From Lachnospiraceae bacterium (GTDB lineage: Bacteria > Bacteroidota > Bacteroidia > Bacteroidales > UBA932): DNA of 64,000 bases. The notes beneath the pieces are model-generated. The model worked only from the letters and a program-made list of their open reading frames with translations. It had not been told where the DNA came from and did no database searches. The stretch spans positions 14,066 to 78,065 of the forward strand of contig CAVHXU010000010.1 of the NCBI GenBank assembly GCA_963640185.1, read 5' to 3'. Each line of letters starts with the position of its first letter. The stretch's first letter is position 1. This document shows positions 16,392-24,231 of the stretch, one piece after another. The position numbers and the translations under genes are program-made.

Positions 16392-17574
16392 TCAGGCTTG
16401 AATCAGAGTTCGCTCTGATGCTGTTTTCCTCCCGCTGGAGAGTCGCTGCAAGGCGGCTCTCTTTGATTGGCAGGGACTTGTCAATAAACGCGAAGGCCTT
16501 GAGGCGTTCTGCGGCCAGAATACGCCGGAAACTCTCCTGCGACGGAAGATAAGACCGCGATGGGTCGTATTCCGACGGTGAGAGAATCATATTCCCGCGG
16601 CATTGGAACTTGTTCAGCAGGGAATCGAACCTGGCGAGCCCCCGGCCCTCATTTCCGATAATCACGAACGGCTTGGCAAAAATCAGCGAGAACACTGCGG
16701 CGTGAAACGAATCGGCCACGACAAAATCAGCGTCATAGAATGCCCGGAGCCAGTCTTCAAGAGGCGGCTGAATCCTTTCCCGGAGCGGAGCCTTCCGGTT
16801 CTCGTACTGAGTATTGCAGCGGAAAGCTTTCAGCGACCTCTCCGTGGAGATCCGGCCGATGAGATGCCGCGTGTCCTCCGTTTCATCCAGAATGTAGGCG
16901 AGAAGCCCCCCGCGAGGCTTGTCAGCGGGCGCGATCCCGGCAAGAGCCATATAATCGGACTTGTCCAGAAGCAGAGTCGGATCCGGAAGATGCAGGGCCT
17001 CGACTCCGAACAGCTCCCGACAGAGCCGGACGCCGCTGTCCTCACGCACGGACACGGCATCGAATCTTTGCAGCAGAGGAGCGAATGCGGCGATCTGCTC
17101 CGGAGTAAACTCGCATTTGTCCGTCCCGAAAGAAGCGGCATACGCCACTCTGCGGATATCGGCTTCAGTGCAGAAGTCCAAAAAGCAGCGGGCGATCATT
17201 CCGCTGCCATTGTATTCCGGCCTCCACACCTGATCGCTGCCCACGACCACCGCATCCAAACCGGACACGCACTTCGGACCCCAACGTCTGACATACCTTT
17301 TGTCAAACCTGTCATCGACAAACTTCAGCAATCTGCGGCAGGCTATTTTCCTGGAAAGTTCGTAGAACACCGGTATATCCTTGCCGACGACATATTTGAG
17401 TATCGTCCGCTTGCAGATGTTGATCAATTCTCGCCAGGGATGCTCCAGCCGGCTGTACCAGTCAAACAGCACGACCCGGTGTCCCCTGCGTTCAAGAACG
17501 GTCTTCAGGGCATAAGCCTGCAATATCCCGCCGTAATTATGCCCCAAAGGCTGTGTCAGCAGTCCTATCTTCAT
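16366..17574 (-). CDS. Polysaccharide pyruvyl transferase family protein
   Basis: MKIGLLT...NYGGILQAYAL, VGSDQVW, YAASFG, SVREDSG, DPTLLL, DSFHA; real start taken at 17574. Confidence 0.92.
   Translation of the reverse strand: MKIGLLTQPLGHNYGGILQAYALKTVLERRGHRVVLFDWYSRLEHPWRELINICKRTILKYVVGKDIPVFYELSRKIACRRLLKFVDDRFDKRYVRRWGPKCVSGLDAVVVGSDQVWRPEYNGSGMIARCFLDFCTEADIRRVAYAASFGTDKCEFTPEQIAAFAPLLQRFDAVSVREDSGVRLCRELFGVEALHLPDPTLLLDKSDYMALAGIAPADKPRGGLLAYILDETEDTRHLIGRISTERSLKAFRCNTQYENRKAPLRERIQPPLEDWLRAFYDADFVVADSFHAAVFSLIFAKPFVIIGNEGRGLARFDSLLNKFQCRGNMILSPSEYDPSRSYLPSQESFRRILAAERLKAFAFIDKSLPIKESRLAATLQREENSIRANSDSSLTTCCGSES
16438..16464 (+). terminator. Intrinsic terminator closing cassette copy 2
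   Basis: GAGAGTCGCT-GCAA-GGCGGCTCTC-TTT; GNRA loop and two G-U pairs that form only on the + strand. Confidence 0.7.
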
Positions 17575-17576
17575 CC

Positions 17577-19121
17577 TTATCTGCGTGTCAGGCGGCGCCA
17601 AACATTGTGCACCTTGCCGTACAGGTAGGCCCTCTCGTCCCGGCTGCAGCCCACGTACAATATCACGATCAGGGTCGTAATCACGCTTACTGCCACCACT
17701 GTCAGAAATCTCGGCCAGCCCGGCTGCATCAGCAGGCGTATGGTCAGAGCCGGCATCAGCGAAAGGACTGAAACGGCGGCGATATTGAGGCACACCTCAC
17801 GGAGAAAGCCGACCAGCCGGAGTCCCACATTCTTCTTCAGGAACAGGAGTCTGAGCGCCAGACAGCACAAAGCCACTCCTATCGCTATCACGAACACATA
17901 CAGAGGTGCGCAGCCCAGCTTCAGAGCCAGATATGACAGCGGGAAATTCATCATCAGCATACCTCCCACGACCAGCTGATAGTTGCGGATCCTGCCTGTC
18001 GCGTTCTGAGTGGTGATGAGGGCGTTGGAGAGTATGTCCACCAGAGAGAGTATAAGCATCAGGCGGACAAAATTGGTCGCCTGTTCCGGGAATTTGCCGA
18101 GCCAGAGGTCGAGCACGAAATGGGTCTCAAGGATGAGCGGCAGAGCAAAAACGTATATCAGATAGTACGAGAATCTGGAGCCTCTGAACACCAGAGACAG
18201 CATATAATCCCTTTTCCCGGCAGCATAGGACTTGGTGATCTGCGGGTTCAGAGCTGTCATGAAGTTGTTGGCGAACGAGGACACGGCGTTGTTGACTGTC
18301 GATGCTATGCCATAAGCCGCGTTGACCACAGGGCCGTGGAAAATGTTGAGCAGCATATTGACTCCCTGACCTTTCAGGATAGCGGCCGAGCAGCCGATGA
18401 AATTCCAGCCGGCAAAGGAACACATACCGCGGAAATACTCCCGGTGCAGCCGGGGGCACATAGTGCATTCATTGAAGTGCCAGCGGCAGAAGATGATGTA
18501 GATGGACTGCACCAGCACGCTGACGCACACTATCAGGCAGGAGTACAGTATCAGCTTGTCCGCCCGGAAAGGGGAATGGGCGACGAACAGGACAACGGCG
18601 AGCTTCAGCAGCACCTCCCCGATGCCTATATATGCAAATGCGTCCATCCTCTCGTGGGCTATCACCGACGAGGTGAACGGCACCGCCACTATGCCTACGA
18701 GAAATGAGACTACCGAAGCCTGAAATGCCCAGTTGGCCGCCACCAGCCTGCCGGCGGGAATGGTCATCCTGTTGTTCACGAACCAGATGCCGACGGTCTC
18801 GAACGCAACGAAGATGATGGCGGCGAGTATGATGTGGATGAGCAGCGAGGTGGAGAACACCTTGCGTATGCTTTCCTTGTCGCCCTTGCCGAGCTCGAAT
18901 GTGAGATAACGGCTTGTGGATGAGGACAGAGCGGAGGATATGAGGGAAAACATCGAGACAAAGCCTCCCACGACATTGTGTATCCCGAAGTCCTCGACGC
19001 CGAGCATATTCAGAATCACCCTTGAAGTGTAGAGTGAAACGAGCATACTGAACAGCATCCTGATGTAGAGCATCAGAGTGTTCTTCGCTATTCTCTGGGT
19101 GTTTTCAGAAACCTGCGCCAT
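17577..19121 (-). CDS. wzx: Wzx flippase (polysaccharide biosynthesis/MATE-like)
   Basis: RIAKNTLMLYIRM...LYTSRVIL..LGVEDFG, about 13 TM segments. Confidence 0.9.
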   Translation of the reverse strand: MAQVSENTQRIAKNTLMLYIRMLFSMLVSLYTSRVILNMLGVEDFGIHNVVGGFVSMFSLISSALSSSTSRYLTFELGKGDKESIRKVFSTSLLIHIILAAIIFVAFETVGIWFVNNRMTIPAGRLVAANWAFQASVVSFLVGIVAVPFTSSVIAHERMDAFAYIGIGEVLLKLAVVLFVAHSPFRADKLILYSCLIVCVSVLVQSIYIIFCRWHFNECTMCPRLHREYFRGMCSFAGWNFIGCSAAILKGQGVNMLLNIFHGPVVNAAYGIASTVNNAVSSFANNFMTALNPQITKSYAAGKRDYMLSLVFRGSRFSYYLIYVFALPLILETHFVLDLWLGKFPEQATNFVRLMLILSLVDILSNALITTQNATGRIRNYQLVVGGMLMMNFPLSYLALKLGCAPLYVFVIAIGVALCCLALRLLFLKKNVGLRLVGFLREVCLNIAAVSVLSLMPALTIRLLMQPGWPRFLTVVAVSVITTLIVILYVGCSRDERAYLYGKVHNVWRRLTRR

Positions 19122-19204
19122 CAATTGCCTCCGCGGCTCCCCTTTCCCTCACGGCTGTAAGGTTCTTCCCGCATACTTGTGCCATTCTTCAATCAACTCC
19201 TCCA

Positions 19205-19657
19205 TCAACGCTTCCCGAAAAGACGGCTCCGGAGCGAAGATCGTCCGGAGGCGGAACGGAATTTATCCCTGTAGTACTGTTCCAGCGTCTCGCCTGTGGA
19301 GACAATCCGGTAGATGGCCGACCAGTCGGGGACTCCCGGACGTCCCTCGATGCAGGGCAGCCCTCCCAGATTGCGGTCATCTATGAAAACGGAGGCTTTC
19401 AGTTTGCGGGAATCGAGTTCCGCCACGAGACTGCTGTCGGGATAACAGCCGTTGACGGCATCGAACTCCACACCCCGCTCCCGACAGTACGCGATGGCTT
19501 CGTCCAGAAGTCTGCCCTCGCGCACCGTCCACAGGATCAGCTTGTTGCCGTCTTGCCTGAATTTTCTCAAAGTGGAGAATGCAAAGGGGAACTCCCTGCC
19601 TATCTCCGGGTAACGGTGCTCCACGAGCGTCCCGTCAAAGTCCACTGCTATAGTCAT
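19205..19657 (-). CDS. HAD-superfamily phosphatase (BT0820-like)
   Basis: MTIAVDFDGT motif I, LILWTVREG, FIDDRN. Confidence 0.85.
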   Translation of the reverse strand: MTIAVDFDGTLVEHRYPEIGREFPFAFSTLRKFRQDGNKLILWTVREGRLLDEAIAYCRERGVEFDAVNGCYPDSSLVAELDSRKLKASVFIDDRNLGGLPCIEGRPGVPDWSAIYRIVSTGETLEQYYRDKFRSASGRSSLRSRLFGKR

Positions 19658-19814
19658 AATGTCAAGCCACTGAAAAGGGACGGGAAAGACCCTTCCGCGT
19701 CCCCCTCCAAGCCCCACTGAGCGTCAAGAAACCACGGGCAGAACGACATCGCGCCAGTTCTGACCACGTGGATGTACATCTGAACCGTGTCAGAATGAAA
19801 TATAATTTACCCCG

Positions 19815-21173
19815 CTATCTGGCACCTATCACCACGCATCTCCTGAGTTCCGGATCTTCGGAGAAGTCCACATCGGAGGATGTCGCGATCTCAAGCTGCC
19901 TTTCAGGTATGGCGAACTCGTTCACAAGGCAGTCTTTCACCACCTGGGCACGCTTGCGGGCCGTGATCTCCATCACGTCGCTGTTGCCTTTGCCCTTCTC
20001 GTAGTAACCGGTGATCACATAGACCTGGTCCGCGCCGAAACGTCTCACCAACTGCGAGAACAGTCCTATGTTGACCCTCGCGTCGCCGCTGAGCCTGGTG
20101 CTTGTGCCCTGGAACATAACGGTGGTGCGCGATGCCTGATACACGTCCACATCCACCGTGACGGTATCGACTATGATTTTGGGAGCCACGCCTTTGGCTA
20201 CGGCGTACTCCTGGCGTAGGCTGTCGCGGCGGGCCTGCTGCTCGGAAATCCTGTCCTGCAGGCCGGAAATGTCGGTCGTCCCGGTAATGTCCCTGTAGCT
20301 GTGCTTCGTCCTGGTGAAGCCGCGTGGATTGAACTTGTATGTGAGACCGACGGACAGCGACAGCGGGCCCTCTCCGGAGCGACCTATCCGGGCATATTCC
20401 ATATCGAAGGCGTCCTTGACCATAGTGCCCCGGACATCGAGGAAGAGATCCAGATAATCGGTGATGTAGAATGTGCTGAGGAAGCCGAGCACCCCTGAGA
20501 GGGAAGTCTCGTTGTCTTCGGTGACTATCTCCTTGTTCTTGTCCAGCGTTTTAAGTTCCTCACCGGAGGCGCGGAGCTGCTCCCTCCATTTTTTGGTATC
20601 CTTGGTCTGCCAGCTGTGCGCCACTCCGAGTCCGACATACGGGACGGCGTGATAGATCCTGTCCGCCCGGTAGCCGCCGATCAGATTGCACATATCGAGC
20701 ATCACGTCGGCGTGGACATTGAGATACGGGAATTTCTGGTGGTAGAGCCACCATCCGACTCCCTTGCCGTCGCTCTGCCGGTAGGAGACAGGCTTGGGAC
20801 TGCCGTTCTCAATCACCGCGTACGCACCTGTCTGAGTGGCTCCCCGGATGATGAAGCCGTTGTAGCTCGCCCTGAGCCCGACAGATGGGGTGAGCCATTT
20901 GCCGACGGAGAACTCGGCCACCGGCGAAATGAGATCCTTGAAATAGAGCTGTCTGTTGTGGTCTCCGAAATAGGAGGAGAAACCAGCGCCGGCGGATATG
21001 AACCAGTTGTCCCGGAATGAGCCCGCCTGATACCTGTTTCCCTCAACCTCGGATGTAATTACCTCAGTCGCATAGCCTTCTTTGTCCAGATCGCGCCCGG
21101 ACTCCGCAGTCTGGGCGAACGCCTGCGAACACAGCAGGAGCGCAGGCAATATGATGGTTACAAACTGTTTCAT
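19815..21173 (-). CDS. OmpA-family outer-membrane protein (degenerate C-terminal domain)
   Basis: Signal peptide, FRDNWFISAGAG beta-barrel, coiled coil, OmpA-like C-terminus. Confidence 0.8.
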   Translation of the reverse strand: MKQFVTIILPALLLCSQAFAQTAESGRDLDKEGYATEVITSEVEGNRYQAGSFRDNWFISAGAGFSSYFGDHNRQLYFKDLISPVAEFSVGKWLTPSVGLRASYNGFIIRGATQTGAYAVIENGSPKPVSYRQSDGKGVGWWLYHQKFPYLNVHADVMLDMCNLIGGYRADRIYHAVPYVGLGVAHSWQTKDTKKWREQLRASGEELKTLDKNKEIVTEDNETSLSGVLGFLSTFYITDYLDLFLDVRGTMVKDAFDMEYARIGRSGEGPLSLSVGLTYKFNPRGFTRTKHSYRDITGTTDISGLQDRISEQQARRDSLRQEYAVAKGVAPKIIVDTVTVDVDVYQASRTTVMFQGTSTRLSGDARVNIGLFSQLVRRFGADQVYVITGYYEKGKGNSDVMEITARKRAQVVKDCLVNEFAIPERQLEIATSSDVDFSEDPELRRCVVIGAR

Positions 21174-21175
21174 CG

Positions 21176-22477
21176 CTATTTGTCTATTGTGATGATTACT
21201 GAACGGCTGAGTGCCGGGTCGTCATAGAACATATTCTCGACACCGCCGGCATACTCCACACGGAGTCTGTCTCCGGAAATGCCGCAAGTGTTCACGAGAT
21301 ATTCATACACGGCCTGCGCACGCTCGTGGCTGAGCCTTTCGTTCAGAGCCGCCGTACCGGTGGAAGCGTCCGCATAGCCTGTCAGAAGCAGCTTCTCATC
21401 GGTGTCGTGGACAGTCTTGGCAAACACCTTGAGGTTGTAGCGGGCATCGTCCTGCAGCGTGCTGACTCCCAGAGGGAATATGACGAGGCAGGATGCCGTG
21501 AAGCGGATACGCTGCGCCATAGTCAAAGTGTCAGTAACATTCACCGTCCTGTTGCGCGCTTCCTCTATCTCGTCTTCCAGACGGTCCTGCTGGGCGATGA
21601 GGCTGTCGATCTGCTCCCTCAGTCCCCTGGTGTCCAGATCCCTGGTCGTGACCCTCTCGGTGGCGGTGCTCTGCCTGTATCCCCGCGGAGGAAGATTGAA
21701 GTTGAGCCCCACGGTCACCGCGAGGATGTTGTCACCTGATTTGCCGAACGCGGCATACTCGTGCTCGAAACTGTCTGTGAACACGGCTTCGTGGATGTCC
21801 AGCACCACATCGGTGATATGTGACACCCTGAAAGTGTTCAAGAGGCCGAAATTGCCGGAAATGCTCGTAGTGTGGTGTTTTTTGTCCTTGTCCTTGACCA
21901 TCTCGGCGTAGCTCGCCTTGTTGTAGTTGAACTGCCAGCTGTGGATGAGTCCGAGGCCGGCATAGGGGATGCAGCTCCAGATGCGGTCAGGCTTGTAGCC
22001 GGTGATGAGGTTGTTGAGATTGAACATCACATCGGCGTGAATCCCGAAATACGGGGCCTTGACGTACCAGAGCCCCTCCTTGCCCTCGATCTGCACTGGC
22101 TTGCCGTCCTTCATCTCAAGGAAGATGTTGGTGTCGTCACTGGTGGCACCCCGGGTATAAAGCCCGTTATACTGCATTCTGACGCCGATGCCCGGAATAA
22201 TCCATTTGCCCACGGCTATGTCCAGGGCCGGCGCCACCACTTTGCCGAATCCGATGCCCCTGGTGGTCGTCTGACCGTTCCCGGAGCCGAAATAGAACGA
22301 GGTACCGGCTCCGACTGTCACGAACCAGTTCTCCCGTGCCGTGCTGACCTCAGTCCTGTAGCGGTCAGTCACTTCAGTTGTTTCTTCTGTCCTGACTTTG
22401 CGTACCTGCTGGGCCTGCAGCAAGGCAGGAGCCATCAGCAACAACGCAAAGAAAGACGCACACACACGCGAATTCAT
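21176..22477 (-). CDS. OmpA-family outer-membrane protein
   Basis: NWFVTVGAG barrel; GYADASTG...NERLS.ERA peptidoglycan-binding motif. Confidence 0.88.
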   Translation of the reverse strand: MNSRVCASFFALLLMAPALLQAQQVRKVRTEETTEVTDRYRTEVSTARENWFVTVGAGTSFYFGSGNGQTTTRGIGFGKVVAPALDIAVGKWIIPGIGVRMQYNGLYTRGATSDDTNIFLEMKDGKPVQIEGKEGLWYVKAPYFGIHADVMFNLNNLITGYKPDRIWSCIPYAGLGLIHSWQFNYNKASYAEMVKDKDKKHHTTSISGNFGLLNTFRVSHITDVVLDIHEAVFTDSFEHEYAAFGKSGDNILAVTVGLNFNLPPRGYRQSTATERVTTRDLDTRGLREQIDSLIAQQDRLEDEIEEARNRTVNVTDTLTMAQRIRFTASCLVIFPLGVSTLQDDARYNLKVFAKTVHDTDEKLLLTGYADASTGTAALNERLSHERAQAVYEYLVNTCGISGDRLRVEYAGGVENMFYDDPALSRSVIITIDK

Positions 22478-22525
22478 ACCACAAATAGTTCTCACGATTA
22501 ATAATTCTCACTAAACACCAAATTG

Positions 22526-22533
22526 CAAAGTTA
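22526..22533 (-). promoter_or_regulatory. -7 promoter box (TAACTTTG) upstream of the ompA pair / polysaccharide operon
   Basis: TAnnTTTGC match within an imperfect palindrome TGCAAA...TTTGCA. Confidence 0.65.
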
Positions 22534-22628
22534 TAATTATTTTGCATATCGGTCAAGAGGATAGGCTTTTGTGGATACAAAAAACTGAAGGGCTGTCACG
22601 ATAGTGACTGGGGTTGGACAAACGACAA

Positions 22629-22654
22629 GGGGCCGGCCAAAATCGGCCAGCCCC
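22629..22654 (-). terminator. Probable intrinsic terminator after the BACON/OB lipoprotein gene
   Basis: GC-rich hairpin GGGGC.GGCC/GGCC.GCCCC followed by TTGTCGTTT on the minus strand. Confidence 0.55.
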
Positions 22655-22677
22655 TCGAAAGATATCAGAAACAAATT

Positions 22678-24216
22678 CTATTTCGCAGTGTGCGCAAAGA
22701 AGAGGCCGCTGCCGACCTGCTGCAACTCCTTGTAAGCAGCCCTTACACCGAGCACGGTGAGAGAGTCGCCCTCCTTGATGTTCATCTTCTCGAATGCGCC
22801 GTTTCCGTTCTTTGCACCATAAGTGGCCACAACGCCATAGACATATACGGAGCCGGTTTCATCTTCAAGCATAAAGTTGCCGTAGTTCTTAAGGTCTGAT
22901 TTGCATCCTGCGGCTATCTCCGTGTCATTAGGAAGCCTTACGGTACCTGAGACAAGATAGTAAACTGACGCGTTCGTCGCCTTGGCGAGGAATTCCTCAA
23001 CGGTAACGGAAGTGACGCCGCTGATCTTGACAGCCTCAAGTGTACCTGAACCCACCTGATGGGCTCCCTTGTACTCGGCACGCAGGCCGGTGAGAGTGAT
23101 GACGTCACCGACCTGGAGGTCAGCCACACCGTCGCCCTTAAGGCCATACACATAGGTCGTGCCCGTGCCGTCAACGATGTTGAAGTTGCCTTTGGAAGCA
23201 TTTACGACACTGGAAACAGCGGCTGTGATGCGATAGACGGTCGAGCCTACGGAAGCCGCCACGAATTCTCCGAGATTGACCTCCAGGATGGAGCCTTTCT
23301 GGGAAAGAGTGGTGGTGGCTGTGTAGTCAACCCCCGCTGAAGTGGTCTTGAAGGTGAGAGTCGTCTCACGGTCGCCGCCGGTGTTCTCGGCCACATTGAA
23401 AGTGACGACTGTCGTGGTGCCGGTGGAAATGCCGGCCACAGAAACCCAGGATTTGGCGTCTGCCGGGACATCCACGGACACGCCCTCGCCCTTGTTGGTG
23501 AGAGAAACGGTGAATTCTCCGCCTTCCTTCTCAAGGGTGCCGGACTCAGGATTGACTTCCTCCACCTTGATGAGCGATTTCTCGATGTCGATTACGGTCA
23601 CGTTCACGAGCTCGATAACGCCGCCGTACGTAGTCCGAGGACCCTCGACGGTCACGATGTCCCCGACCTCGATTCCAAGACTTGTGAAGTTCTTCTCCGC
23701 GCCCGATTTGTCGAGAGTGCCATAGACATACACTTCACCGGTATCGTCCTTAAGATACCAGTTGCCATAAGTGGTGTTGACTATCTTGGTGCAGGTGCCC
23801 TTGGCCCTGTAGGTCACGCCGTCGGTACCGGCATTGATCTGTGCGCAAGTGGAAACAGGAAGCTCCTGTTTTTCGGTGACCTGCATCACTTTGACAGTCT
23901 GCTCTCTGCCGGAGCAGCTGAGGATGATGTCAGCTTCCTGCGAGTCCGTAGCCGCTTTAGCTTCAAACGCCACTTCAGTCTTGCCGGCCTGGCCTGAAGA
24001 CGGAGTCACGGTGAACCAGTCAGGTGCATCGGAGAACTTCCACTCGGCGGTGGCATTGACCGTTACAGTGATCTTGCCTCCCTGCGCAGGAAGACCTATA
24101 GTGGAGCGAGATATCTGGATCTCATCATAAGTCAGCGAATCCTCCTTGCAGCCCATTACTCCGAGGACGGTGGCAGCTGCCGCGAGAACTGAGAAAATTC
24201 TGGTTAATCTCTTCAT
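22678..24216 (-). CDS. Surface lipoprotein with two BACON domains and three OB-fold-like repeats
   Basis: Lipobox VMGC, BACON W.TV.P.SG motifs, three GN(W/F).(L/I).D.TG..YVYG...GD repeats. Confidence 0.75.
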   Translation of the reverse strand: MKRLTRIFSVLAAAATVLGVMGCKEDSLTYDEIQISRSTIGLPAQGGKITVTVNATAEWKFSDAPDWFTVTPSSGQAGKTEVAFEAKAATDSQEADIILSCSGREQTVKVMQVTEKQELPVSTCAQINAGTDGVTYRAKGTCTKIVNTTYGNWYLKDDTGEVYVYGTLDKSGAEKNFTSLGIEVGDIVTVEGPRTTYGGVIELVNVTVIDIEKSLIKVEEVNPESGTLEKEGGEFTVSLTNKGEGVSVDVPADAKSWVSVAGISTGTTTVVTFNVAENTGGDRETTLTFKTTSAGVDYTATTTLSQKGSILEVNLGEFVAASVGSTVYRITAAVSSVVNASKGNFNIVDGTGTTYVYGLKGDGVADLQVGDVITLTGLRAEYKGAHQVGSGTLEAVKISGVTSVTVEEFLAKATNASVYYLVSGTVRLPNDTEIAAGCKSDLKNYGNFMLEDETGSVYVYGVVATYGAKNGNGAFEKMNIKEGDSLTVLGVRAAYKELQQVGSGLFFAHTAK

Positions 24217-24231
24217 TGTACTGACAGATTA

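Larger units (their letters stand above)
15995..16464 (+). repeat. Direct-repeat cassette, copy 2
   Basis: See copy 1; offset is 1373 bp at the left arm and 1385 bp at the right arm. Confidence 0.95.

Noticed and set aside
14622..16464. Cassette interpreted as an IS/MITE, integron attC array or CRISPR array
   Set aside because: No terminal inverted repeats, target duplication, transposase or integrase; no convincing RYYYAAC/GTTRRRY ends; only two long copies rather than short repeats with spacers
17575..17793. N-terminal extension of the pyruvyl transferase ORF
   Set aside because: Overlaps wzx; family similarity begins at MKIGLLT (17574)
22500..22677. Invertible (phase-variable) promoter for the polysaccharide locus
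   Set aside because: Only a short palindrome overlapping the -7 box; no long flanking inverted repeats and no recombinase in the window
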